Part shown: positions 16,481 through 29,155 of the stretch, piece after piece
Layout of the letters: every line of letters begins with the position of its first letter
Numbering within the stretch: position 1 is the first letter of the stretch
Program-made: the position numbers and the translations under genes
NCBI GenBank assembly: GCA_046563655.1
Contig: CM102287.1
Location: forward strand, 4,898,001 to 4,962,000
Reading direction: 5' to 3'
Source: Yuukianura sp. NJ FZ-2021
Taxonomy: Eukaryota
Length of the DNA stretch: 64,000 nt
Notes under the pieces: model-generated
The model's input: the letters and a program-made list of their open reading frames with translations, nothing else
Databases searched by the model: none
Told to the model about the DNA's origin: nothing

Positions 16481-19400
16481 TCCTTATTTCCTGGAATGAG
16501 AGCATAGAGTAATGAACTTGAGAAGTTGCTCCAATTCTTTTGTTTGTACGAGTGGACTCTCCCTGTTTATCTCTCCCTCTTATTGTAAAGTGTAAGTTTT
16601 TTTTGCAATTGGCAATTGTAAAGTGGTGTGAAATTGCTTTGTACCTCTACTTGTGTGAAGTATTGTTGTGTAGTACCTTACTTGGAGTCCATTGTTAGTG
16701 CTTCTGTTCAGTCACCACTAATTGAGTCGAGATCCTCAGCAGATGCTGAACGCCGTAATGTCCAAGACGTCTGATGAAGAAGGTCCGACCAGGCCGAAGG
16801 TCTGTGTCATTTGAAGCAACTGTTGTGGTAAATTGAACTAAAGTTTAGTTGATTCTTTGCGGCTGAAGTCAGAGGCAGTGTTGTTGATAGTGGACAGAGT
16901 AGAGTGAGTAACGAGTAGTTTTGGTTAGTTTCATGATAAAATGCGTCCACTTCCTCTCCCTCGTCCCGATGATGAACAAAAATGACCAGTCTCACACAGG
17001 CAACAACCTCTGCCAGCCTCCAAGTCTACCAATCCGCTAGTCTAATGAAATTCAATCTGTGTGGTTTTCTCTGTTATCCAGACACTACTGCGGACTCTGG
17101 AGTCACGTCATCACAACTAATCATACGAACACTCTACTAAATTCAAAATTAGAGTAATTCACTAATCTCGTCTTTCAAAGTGCTCAACTGACAGTAGTGT
17201 CGAAGTGGATCTGTTGTTGATCCCAGTTGAAGGAGATGATGAGAAAGAGCTTAAGTTTGTTCTCAAGATTCAAGAAAACCACTTGGTTGACTTGATTCTG
17301 TGTTGAACGCTTGAGAAGTCCTGGGATACTGGCAGTATAGGGAAATGGAGGGGTAGTGTGTAGTAACAAGTGGAGATGAAGTTCTGATTTTCCATTGTTG
17401 ATCAATGTTGAGTGGTTGGGTTGGGGTTGGCAGAGGCACTTTAGCGTGTCCTCCAAGGATACCGAGGTAAAATGGAGCCCAAACTGTCCTATGCTTTTAA
17501 GCTTAAGGTGAGAAGAGACAATTACTGGCGAGGAGGGACCTTGTTTGAGTCTAAAACGTTGAGGGATGTCTCCTTCCTGGCTTTAAGGGCTGCTTTTCCC
17601 AGGGATCTCAAAATTCATAGCATTAAGTTTAAGGTTCTTGTGTTTTACTTTTGGTTTCGTTTGGTTTTTAGTATGGGATGTGGAGATTATGGATCTTGAC
17701 GAGGAGTTTTATGGTGTGTATCTTCTGTTCGGATGGATAGTTGCTCAAAGGGGAATGACCCGCGGAAGGAAGATGATGGATGTGGGATCGAATCAAGCTC
17801 GGAGGACTCTCATTATTACGCTTTACTTTTCAATTAAAAAAGAACTTTTTGTGCCTCATGACCAGTCGGGAGGAAAAGGACGTGAAGCTGAGAGGTGTTG
17901 GTGGACAGTTTAAGTGGGTTTCCGATTCCACTCCACTTGGTGCCTTGTTCGTAAGAGTAATTACTAATTAATGATAGTGATGCACTAAAGGATTTTTGAT
18001 GTGTTTTTCTGTTGTGCATTTAGTAGGGCGAGACAGTATGGGAAAGCGGGCTGTCAGCAGGAGTCGTAATTACTAGGGTTTAATGCCGTCGACATGACCT
18101 TAGCTTAGGAACTTGAGTTGGGGTCAAGAGGTCAAGAGAGAGTTATTAGGGTCTGCTAGGAACCAGAGCAGATCTTCTGATGATGATCTGATGACGATGA
18201 GAGTCTAGATCAGAAATGGAGCAGAGCAGTTTTCGTTCAGAGTCCGACTTAAATGAATTAAACTGAATTGGGAGTGACTGCAGAGAGAGAACGAGAGTGA
18301 AAACGTGGTAACATGGAGGTTATTCGGTTCAATTCTATTTGCAATTTGCAAATTGCAATTTAGGAAGTTTAGTCCACTTATGACACATGAATGAAAGTTG
18401 GCTGACCTCCAACATAGGTTTGCAAATTGAAACTTAGAAGTGAAGCCAGGCCTTTCTTTTGGGAATCTCTTCATCTTCATCATGTTGCTGTCAGTTTTCT
18501 TTGTCTTTCATAATAAGTGTCATTTTTTCCGTTTTTAGGCAAAAAATTGAATTTGACTGTTGAAACTGATGATGTGGAAAGATGAAGATGAGAAATTGCA
18601 TGAAAGATCGAGATGGGTGAGTCCTCTGTTGCAAAATTTTAAGTTTTCATTCGTAGATTCCGGGGGGAATCCAAGTGAGATTCAGTTTGCGTCATAAGAG
18701 TTTGAATCATTCGATGTTCGATGGAATGGAATTTGGATCTGGGGATTCTGGAAGTGTAAACACATTTACAAGAAGAGGAGTCACTCAGACTGTCCATTTC
18801 GTTGTCTTCTTTAGTTTCCCAGTCACTTCCAGCAGTTGACACAATATTACCAACCACTCTAACCTCTTCCTTTACTTAGAATCGCAAATAATTGATTAGC
18901 CGTCCCCGTCTTACAAGTAATCGATTCATTCCAGCCCTTCTTGTCGACTGTTTTCACTTTTGCCAAGTTTTTCCTCAATTCCTAAAGGGAGCTCGATACA
19001 AACAAACGTATTAAGGAAACCTTTCGTAAGTTTTCTGGTTAGTTTACTTCAATTAAGTGTTATGTATTAGTTAACCACAAAGGAAGCATAAAACGGGGTG
19101 TGCCTTTATTCATATGCGGAAATCGGTTTATAATTAAGTAGGTTTTGTATAAAGCTCTGTCATTTATTGCAGTTGCATACTTAGAACTAGAAGTGTCAAA
19201 AAGTTGGACAGTGAGTTCAAAGTTCAAAGGTTACTACCACATACCAGATACCACTTCAAAGATTGGCGCAATCAGAACGTGTTAACGTGTTTCCATTAAT
19301 TTTACAGCCAATCAGCCGATTGACAAGGGATAGGCGGAATATAGCTGTTGAAATATCATTTCATTTTGTAGAACTGCAACTAATGAAAGTTTTTGATTCG

Positions 19401-19488
19401 TTTCCAGATTCCACTGATCGATTGATCTCACAGAAGTCACAAGTTAACCAACCAGTGTTAGAAAAACTTCATTAGCAAAACCATCACA

Positions 19489-20580
19489 ATGATGAAGCCG
19501 ATCTGTTTAGCACTTGCCCTCCTCAGCCTGTTCTCGACTGCTGCCAATGGATCCCAGCCCAAGACAGATAGAAAAGAAGAGGTGGAAAAGATGAAGAACA
19601 TGATTGGTTCACTGGAGAAACCGTCACCGGCAATGGTCAATGCAGCTATGGAGCAGTTTCGTCAATCTTGCAGAACAAACCGAACCATTGACGAGGAAAG
19701 TGTTGGAAGAAACATGAGTACTTGTATGGAGGGACTGTTCAATGAAACGTCACTTCAAGCTGAGCTGGAGGATGCGATTCCAAAAGGTAAGAAATCAACA
19801 TATCCTACTCTTATTTACGTACGTTTTCCTGAGATTAATTTAACTTACTTTTGGTATTAGGCAACTTGGACAACGTGTTCCGTAAGATTTGTCTGAAGTG
19901 GCCAAAAGTCAAAGGTTGTGCCAAAGGAGCTCTGGACATTATCGAAGAGTGCTGGGAGAATGGAACGATGGTGACAACTGGACTGGACACGATGGTGGAC
20001 TTTTTCTGTGGCAAGGAGAACAACGGAGCTTACATCGCCTGTAAGTACTATCTCAATCAGTTTAACCGTAAAATTTCGCTTTTTATAGGACGCTTTTTTT
20101 CTAATTTGGACTCACAGTTAAGTTAACTCAGTTTTGATTTTCGTTGTTGTTAGTATTTTTTGCAGAAGGAGGTTTGACGTGTGTCGAGAAGTACGGGGAC
20201 AAAGTGAGAGACTGTGTCAACGAGCAGAACACGGACGAACATCAGGAGGATCTGTGCGTGTAAGTGTCACCACAACTTGCCAATCTCTATATGGTGATAG
20301 AATTGCAATTAATAACATTTAAGTATTCAATTTGATGATTTGTTATTGTAGAAGCGTCAATCAAGTGTTCCACTGTCTCACGCCTCTCCGTTCTTGTGAT
20401 GATGTGACTCCGCATAACCTTGTGACCTCAATGATACAGCAAGTCGGGCGTGTCATGAAGTGTCCACCAGTCGTATTTCCGGATCACTACCAAATTGAGG
20501 GATCCGGAGCAGCTACCCCGTATTCGGGCTCAATCGTTGCCACACTCGTTTTGCTCTTTCTCAATGTGTACAACTACTAA
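19489..20580 (+). CDS. 27 kDa hemolymph protein-like (DUF1397) secreted Cys-rich protein
   Basis: Exons 19489-19786, 19861-20040, 20154-20259, 20352-20580. Signal peptide; PKGNLDNVFRKIC, VDFFCGKE, IALFFAEGGLTC and CDDVTPHNLVTSM match the family pattern. Confidence 0.8.
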
Positions 20581-21345
20581 ATTGACCGTTATTGTTTAGT
20601 TTCCTTCTTGACCTTTGACCACTCACCGTCACCTTTGACCATTCATCCACATCGTCCTTGAGATATTTCTCTATTCACCCGCCGCTTAGCGTTTACTGGA
20701 AAAGGAGGACAAGCTAGTTTTTGCCGAAGAAGAACCAAACTTCATACTTTTCCGTAAGGGAATTCCTTCCTTTTTCCTTTTTACATTTAATCCACAGTAG
20801 CTTGTCGTATTAATTTCGTATTCGATAGAATGAGCCACTGTTTAGTCTTCACCTAATTTGTACTGGTGGTTAATGTACTTTAAAATGTTAAGGTACCGGT
20901 GCATTTTCATTGTTATGCTCAAATTATAGTTTATTTAAGGCTATTATTCAAAAATTTAGGAGTTGCTAAAATAAATTATTGTGATGTTCATAGTCATGAT
21001 ACCAACAAAGGAATCGCGGTAATTGCTGATGCTGAGGTTTAAGCGCTGATTTTTTGCTAATTCGTACTTAATTGAATTCTGTGACTTCAAGTTATGCCTG
21101 ACGCTCAACTTAGTCGAAGGTGACGAATCGTCATTGACGATTGTCGTGCGATGTAAGGTTTAGATTACGTTGTGCATATCCGCATGCGCATTGATCAAAA
21201 GCAATTAAAATTGGATTTATCTGTCCAGTGTTTTCTTTTCCCTAGGTAACCTAAATGCTGGAATTGGAACACAAGCGGCGTCACCAACTTAACTGGTTTG
21301 TTGCTTGAATTGCAACTTGCCACGCCGTTGCGTTGGTGGGTCACT

Positions 21346-23215
21346 ATGCAAATCATGGATCCATCTTTATCTTGGACAAAGTTGATCTCGCTTCTGTCGT
21401 TGATGACCTTCGGACTGTGTCAGAAGGTAAAACTGTGAAAATACAATTTTATAACAATGATACTTTGGATAAATGCAACTGAATTTTTCCTTTCAGGTTG
21501 AGGTTTACGAACAATGTGGAATAGAAATGAATTGTTTGGGGGTGGGTCGAGACACGGAGCATACAGCCACTTGCATGAAGGATAAGAGTTGCCTCTACGT
21601 CGTCGGAGCTCATTTTGACACAACCAAGAACGCGCTGGAGACACTTTTTTATTCAAGCGCCACCACCCAAAATTACTTGGCCATTGGAATTTCAGATGAC
21701 CAGCGGATGGTAAGTGAATAAGAGATAAAAGAATCCTGGAAATCTGGAATTAAGTGTGATCTTGACGTGTTTAGGGTGATGACGATGTGATTGCGTTCGT
21801 GGGACTTGGTGGGAATCGCCCAGTGTTTGTGTCTGGACGAACAAGTGGAAAATCTGGGGTAGATGATGAGGCTGAGCTAACGCCTGCGTCGAAACCCGTC
21901 GTTCGATTGTTGAATGGAGGGTTCGAGGTCGAATCCAACTTCGACATTTCTACTCTTCCAGCCGAATTCAAGTTCAAGGTCAGTTAGGCTGCGTTCCCAT
22001 TGATATGACCTGTATCCCTAAAAATCGCATCGCTTTATCGTATTTCTTGTGCAGAATTTCAAGGGAAACGTGTCTTATTTCCTCTTCATCGCTGTTGGAT
22101 CTGTCTCATACACGAATTCACAATGTAACGCTTGTAGCTTTTCCATCACGGCCGAAAATTATTGCTGATTTCAGTTTGTTTTTCTTTTTTTATGTAGATA
22201 ATCTTCAATATCACAGCGTTGGAAAGGTTGTTTCAGGGGCACCAGTACACTTTGCTTCGGTGACGGAATTGAAGGCGGATACCGTGCAGTACTTGGAGAT
22301 AAAAGTTCACGGTTGCTGCATGATTTTGGTGTGGACTTTTATTATTCCAGTCGCCATTGTCATTTCGCGATATTACAAGGAAACTTGGGCCCACGTTCGA
22401 TTCTTCAAGCGTCGTTTATGGTTTACGGTAGTATTTCACGGTTTTCTGATTTCCAATTTGATAAAGCAAAATGTTGATAATTAATTGTTGAATTGAATTG
22501 CAGGCCCATGTTGGTCTGATGTTGCTCAGTCTGATGATCGCACTAGCAGGATACTTGGCAATTATTGTGAAGAACAAGGGAATTTTCCACAATCCGCAGA
22601 ACCATACTGGTCTTCCGATTCATCAAGCAATTGGGTTCGTGGCTATCGTCCTCATGATCCTTCAAAGTGTGGGCAACTGGCGACGTTTCTCTGATCCAGT
22701 GTTCAAAACGCTGCTAGCTGGAGCTCATACACTATTTGGCGTCACTGCCTACATTTCCGGAAGTTTGTTCACAAAGCTTTTTTTTAAACGTCAAACTTAA
22801 TATTTCTGAAGCTTGAATTGTATTCTCTCTTGGTTTTGCAGTTTACAACATTATGATGGCGGAGGTTCTTGTGGGAGATTTATTGGGGCTGACGAGGAGT
22901 TTGCAGTACTTCCCTCTAGTATCTTTCTTATTACTCGTCGTTTTCTTCATCGCCATGTCCAGTTTCTATTCGTGGACAGACAGTCACCTCAGTGTTAGCG
23001 TCACGAGAGCCTTCTGTTCGTACCCACTTAGGGTTAGCAGCGACGAGGAAGCACCGGTAAGCTGCCTCATTTGCTATGATTTTCCAGTAACGGTCACGTA
23101 AATGAATTTTGTAATTTGACAGCGGCCAGCACTCCGGAAAAGAATTCTGTTGGGCTTCATCCTTGTCACTTCCATGATCACCACCATTTACGCTGTCCTG
23201 TTCTTCCTGCTGTAA
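21346..23215 (+). CDS. DOMON-like plus cytochrome b561 protein (ferric-chelate reductase 1-like)
   Basis: Exons 21346-21426, 21497-21709, 21775-21978, 22055-22124, 22198-22427, 22504-22762, 22842-23056, 23123-23215. Signal peptide, YLAIGISDDQRMGDDDV (DOMON), four heme His (KVHG, AHVG, IHQA, AHTL) and ISRYYKETW. Confidence 0.85.
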
Positions 23216-24482
23216 CCTCGGAACGTCATTAAGTAAATGATTGTCAAGCCAAAACATAACCGTACGCTCATTACAGAACGCGGCTGTGGACTTCATTGCA
23301 AAGCCATGTCGTGTATTTCGCCACTTTCCAAGTAAGTGATCTATTCCTTTAGGGCTTGCCCGATTACATCCCGAAGTGTAAAAAATTGCTTTATTTGCTT
23401 GAAACGTCAGGGATTTAGTGATTAGCATATTAAATTGCTGTGCTTGGTCGTAACATTCATATTTGTGTTCGCTTTATCTTTCCGCTGCTGATGCGTCAAT
23501 TTACTTTCCTTCTTCGGATCCTCATCTTCATAAGTGTGAGTGAGTCACTGAGTGGCATTTGTGTGGGCTTGACACTTGAAAAGGACGCGCCAGTGCAGTA
23601 GCCGCTTTTTTTTTAGTGCAAAGCTGCTTCGGCGTCTCTCTCGTTTTCATATGGAGGCATATCCATTGCAAAATGAGTTTCAATTTGCCGCTATGAATTT
23701 TCTTTCAAGAATGTTAGAATTTAAGAATTAAAAAAAATGAAGTTAAGCATCAGTTGAACAAAGTGAGAATTGGCACAAGTATATGGTAGTAAAATCAATT
23801 GCAGTCAAATCTAAACCTAGACGCAACGTTTATACCAGTGAAAATAACTAAAAACTAAATACAGAAAACGTTTCCTCATTGCATGAATTAACGAATATGC
23901 TACATAAAAATATAATATTTTAATCGCTGGGGAAGAAAAATGACGTAAAATTCAATTATTCAATTACATTAATGGCAAGCAAGCACGTTGTATTAAAGTT
24001 CAGTTACTATTGTAACTACTAACATAGAAAAAAAAATCTCAATTCAATTTCGGTAAAAAAATTGGGGTTGCGAAATGTGATTCTCAATTCTCGCAACTTT
24101 TCTCCGGGTTTGTTTATTTGATCGTAATTTTGCAACGGATATGCTTTCATATCCTCCTCTTTCTACCTCTTTCTTCCCTTCTTCGCCTCGCCTTGCATTT
24201 GTATGACAAAGTTCATCTTGTAACCACCATTTGTGCAAAAAGGAGAAGCACAACACTTCGCTAGAAAAGAAAGAGAGCCTCCTTTCCTTAGTTTTCTTTT
24301 CAAGTTACCGTCGATTGTCTGTTTCACTTCAGAGATTGATATTTATATTGTATTTATTTAGTCCAGTTTAATTTATTTAGTATACACTTCAGGTGTAAGT
24401 TTGGATTCTTGACAAAGTCAAAAAGTCAATCAAGCAAGCAGACGAACGTGAAAATCATACCAGCAGAAGCTATCAAAAGACG

Positions 24483-27400
24483 ATGAGCGCTGCACCAGGT
24501 CCACTCGTGGCGGCCATTGCTCCGAATCCTGAGGCAAAAGTCAAGGAGGACGATAACAAACCAAAACAGGTCACTCAGGGTCACAACAATTTCGGCAATC
24601 AACCGGGTAACAGTCAGAACCGTGGCGGAGGAGGGGGTGGGGCATTTGATCGCGGACCGAAGAGGAAGAGGGGTATGTTATTTTCTTTTATTTTACGTAC
24701 TTCTCTGTTTTTTATGTGCGTTTAGCGTAGCAATTAAAGAAATAAGCAGTTTTTACACATCATTCTGGAAGTAAACTCATCGTTTTCTTAACTTTACCAG
24801 GAGGTGGCCCGGTGGGTCCTGGACGAAATTCCTTCATGGGCCGCGGAGGGGGCGGAGGTGGCTCTTTTCACGGTGGTGGTGGTGGGTTCGAGCGACGATC
24901 TTTCCCGGGTGACTTTGATGGACCGTTGAACAAAAAGTCCAAAATGCAGAGTCCAGAGGTAACGTATTTTCCATCAATCCAGCTTTCAACGATCAGATGA
25001 CTTTACTTTGTTACTCATACTCGAATTCAATAATCTTTTATCCCAATTTCTGACCTTTCAGTTTCGAGTTCTGGAGAAGTTGAGGTCTATCCAGGGTCCT
25101 ACCATTGATTTACCCGCGATACCTTTCGAACTCAAGAAGTTCTTGGCCAATACTCGCTTATACATTGGAAACATCGCGCCCGATGTGACAGAAACTGAAA
25201 TCAAGGATTTGTTCGCAACGTATGGTGAAGTTGACGAAGTTTTCATCAACCGGGAGAAGAATTTTGGCTTCCTCAAATTGGTAACTTACAGTCAACGCTT
25301 ATGATTCTCTTCCTTTATACTTTTACACCTTATGTGATGATTGCGGAATTACCGTTTGACAATTTGAGTGAAACCAACTCGCTGGCTGCTTATTCTGATT
25401 ATCTACGAAACAAACACCAAAACATCTTACTGACAAGACGGAAGGAGGCTTATGCTTTTTGTCTGATATGGTTTAGGATTTCCGCACTAACGCAGAAAGA
25501 GCGAGGTCAGAGTTGGATCAACATCAGTTGAATAATCGGATGATCAAGGTTCGCTTTGCTCCAGCGACTGTGCGAGTCAAGGTCAAAAATCTCAACCCAA
25601 TGGTCTCAAATGAACTTCTCGAACTAGCCTTTGGAATCTTTGGCGACGTAAGTTGTACTTTATTTTCATTGTTTCTTATCATCGGTAGTAAGTAGTTCAC
25701 CTTATGATGAGACCACGGAATTACCGTTTGATTTAAAGCATGAAACTTATTCTTTGGCTGCTTTTTCATCTGAAATTAACATTTAAAACAAAGAGTATGT
25801 TATCATTATGTATACGCTTGCACTAAGAAAAATACAAAGTGTTTTGATTTCAGATCGAGAGAGCTCTTGTATTTGTGGATGAGAAGGGCAAATCAACTGG
25901 GGAAGGGATCGTTGATTTTACGAGGAAAAACAATGCAGCCATGGCTCACAAAATCTGCTCCGAAAAATGTTTCTTCATTACTTCTGATCTTCGCCCAGTT
26001 ATTACTGAGATGGGTGAAATGTGTGAAATGGACGAAGGACTCTTGGAGATGAATCTTCCCAGGAGAGACTACAGGCGAGGCATGGAATTGGATTATCATA
26101 AGGCGCGAGAGGTATGAAATAGTTACAAAATATAAAGCAGATTGAAAACTGAAACACATTGATTTTGCTTACGAAGTTTTCTAAAACCAGCTGATAATAC
26201 TCATTGTCATGTTTTCAGATCGGACCTCGTATTGCAGAGGAAGGAACGTTTGAGGCTGACTATGGTGAAAAATGGAAGGCACTTGTGCAGGAATTCAAGA
26301 AGAAGGAAATTGCACTGAAGGAAGAGATGGAGAAGGAAATCGAGAAGCTTCACACTCAAATTGAAATGGCTCGTTATGACTATGAGACGGAGATGCTGCG
26401 GCAACGTAAGTTAAATAACATAGTTATTTCTGATTACTCGTTGTACTGATGCTTCAGGACAAGCTGTAATGTGTGTTATTTTGTTCCAGAACTTCGACAA
26501 AGAGAACAAGATCATGAGCGTCACAAAATGGAGTACGAGAATCGTGTTCCACGAGACTTTGGTCCGAGAGGTGGTGGCGGAGGTTTTGCCAATGGATCTG
26601 GCCCTGGAAACGCTATCAATCGACAGGCAGTAATGGAGTCGCAACAACAAATGGCTTTGGAACAAATGGAAAATGCTAACGGCGATGGAGCACATGCTCT
26701 AGGTGGTTTTTTCATCGGTTCGAACAAAATTAGCTTTGATTATTTTTATTTTGCTTTCCTAACAACTCCCGGGAGCGGGATCACCCGACGGTGCGAGAGG
26801 GGAACGAAATGATGAAATCACGGAATTACCGTTTGAAACAACCCAGTTCGTGAAAAATGTTCTGTGGCTGCTTTTTGTCTGATTTTCGTTTACATTTCAC
26901 TTTTACTAACTTTATTAGTTAAATTGTTTTAGTGACATTCTGTATATTCATGACCTTCTCTTTTGTGTCAACAGGCGGAAATGCTGGAGGAAACATTCCA
27001 TCGTTGGCTCCGCCCCCAATGCCACCGCAAGGACTCATGGCTCATCTTCAGAACGAGCAGCAAGCTCCAGTAGCTGGATCGCAAGGACCGACTTGGGTAA
27101 GTCCCTATTTCAGATTTACCATTCGAGTTTTAGAGAATTTGAAATTAGTTCCCAGCTTGTGGAGCCGAATTCCTCATATCATATCGATTTGTTCCGGATT
27201 AATGACATGTCTCTAAAACGCGGGCTTTCTTTTTGGGATGAGATTTTTGGACAATCCGATTTTAGAGAAGAAACACTTTCTGTCTCGTGAGTCGTTCGCA
27301 TCGGCCTTTAGGTTTTAGATGAACTTTTAGGTATTCTGGATGGAATTCAGGAATTGTACAACTCAGTTTGTTCACTCATTGAACGGTCGTCGATTACTAC

Positions 27401-28504
27401 GCTTGCATTGCGATATTGCGAAACTTTTTAATTTTTTTTTCGGCAAGTTTCGAGTTTTGAAGATTTGGAAGGAATATGATTCAGTTACTAAATATGTTAG
27501 ACATGCAATCGTACTTGTGATAGAAGGTTTCAGAATTCTGAGCCATTGGTCTGGTAATGACCATTTCAAATGAAACTTTTGATCCATTGCATTGGAGAAC
27601 GCCTTATTTCCAAACACATTTTCTAAACGAAGCTATTGTGCGATTTTTTTGGGGGGTTTTCAGTAATAAGTTAAAATTTCATACTTCATTTTCATTTCAT
27701 AACCATTTAAAGACACAAGTTATACTATATTAAGTTATTCGAATTTTAAATTTTGATTTATATTGCGGTTCGCGGAACATTATAATGATAGAGGTTAGGC
27801 TTATTTAGTTTTCTTACTACAATCCTACACTTTGTCCAAAGAACATTTGAAATTTTACAATTTAAGGGTTACGAACTTCCAAGATCTCAGTTTTGAAGGA
27901 ATAAGTCATCTGCTGATATTAGTCTTTTGTCGTTTGCTCCTCGTCTAGTTTGGCAATTTAGTATTACTTTGAAAGTTATTAATTTGATTAGATTGAGGGA
28001 GAGTCGAGGAAAAGTTGCAGTAATTCACTCTAAATCTAAACTCTACTCTAAAAAATGTTATACTTGAAGAGCTCTGTTGCTCTGTATAGAAGTTAAGCTT
28101 CTTTAAAAGTAGGTACTTTTTTGAAACTTAAACTAACGGATACGTAATTTAAGTTTTTAAGTTGCGGAATTTTTTGTGGTTTGAGTTATGTACTCGTACT
28201 CACTTGTTAGTCTTCATTCGATTGGAATTGTCATAGGCCAGACTAGCAACGGAACTACTATTTCGGAGCGGAAAGCCTCAAATGTGATTTTAAAAGTGTT
28301 TCATGATTTTGAACTTGTATGTTCTCATAGGAAATTGGGCCTTTTGGCTTTGGGAGTCAAATGGGAGGTAACTTTGTGCAGCCAGCTTTTCGTAACGACG
28401 AAGGACCCCGCTTCATGGGGCCAAGGCCAGGGGGTCACCCAAGAGGTATGGGTGGTCGGGGTGGCCCACGCCCTTTTCGTGGCAACCGCGGTGGACGCCG
28501 TTAA
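24483..28504 (+). CDS. nonA: DBHS-family RNA-binding protein (NONO/SFPQ, nonA/hrp65-like)
   Basis: Exons 24483-24672, 24801-24958, 25062-25280, 25477-25647, 25854-26111, 26219-26405, 26490-~26702 (donor uncertain), 26975-27096, 28331-28504. RRM1 RLYIGNI..KNFGFLKLD, RRM2 VKVKNL..VSNELL..DEKGKSTGEGIVDF, NOPS GPRIAEEGTFEADYGEKWK, coiled coil, RGG-rich tail. Confidence 0.9.
25334..25398 (+). ncRNA. Box C/D snoRNA copy 1 (predicted 18S Um guide, snR77/SNORD65-like target)
   Basis: C box GTGATGA 25334, guide GGAATTACCG 25345-25354, D' TTGA, GGCTGCT 25384, D box CTGA 25395; about 78 nt upstream of the 3' splice site. Confidence 0.85.
25704..25773 (+). ncRNA. Box C/D snoRNA copy 2
   Basis: C box ATGATGA 25704, guide GGAATTACCG 25717-25726, D' TTGA, GGCTGCT 25756, D box CTGA 25770; about 80 nt upstream of the 3' splice site. 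Confidence 0.85.
26803..26890 (+). ncRNA. Box C/D snoRNA copy 3
   Basis: Terminal stem AACGAAA/TTTCGTT, C box ATGATGA 26809, guide GGAATTACCG 26822-26831, D' TTGA, GGCTGCT 26866, D box CTGA 26879. Confidence 0.88.
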
Positions 28505-29155
28505 ATTGTGTGCACTACAAGTGCAATTTTGGATCATGTTTCACTTTAGGGTGTGTAAACAGAACGTAATGTTCAATAATTTTCATTTATCCATTCTCCT
28601 AACTTCCTTAACTTTTATGTGGCAACAATCTGGAGCCGAATATTAGTAGTGTGTTGACCTCTTTGGAATGACAATTGGGATTTGGAAATTATAGTAAATC
28701 TATTATATTGCTTTGGAAAAACTAAAAAATATTTATGATGATGCGGACTTTAAAAATCTGGGATCGGGTTGGAGCTAGAAGGAATTGCATCGGCTGCAAC
28801 TACGCTGTTTTATAGGAAGTTACGATGAAATGACTTAGTTCTTTTTTAAAACTTTGTAGCCACTTACACTCGGTGGTTACCAAATCTAAAAATTGCAACA
28901 TGTGATTAGAGCGGGCGTAATTCCTCCTTCCTTCAACCAAACTCCGAATTCGGTCTAAAGGTTTTAACAGATTTGAATTTATTTCGTACAGATTTTTTTG
29001 GAAGTATTTATACGTTTTCGTTGATAAATTGAACAGATGAATTAATTGAGGACTTTTGTTTAAGATGTAAACTTTCGATCTAATCCTGCCAGCGATTTTC
29101 TTGGATACTTTTGTGTGATTTGAAATTGCTTTCCCTATTATCTTGCCGTTTTACT

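Noticed and set aside
22931..23428. 165 aa minus-strand ORF
   Set aside because: Antisense to the last exons of the cytochrome b561 gene; no recognisable motifs
24959..25061. Possible additional C/D snoRNA in NONO-like intron 2 (AGATGA...CTGA)
   Set aside because: Imperfect C box, D box too close to the 3' splice site, and no recognisable rRNA guide
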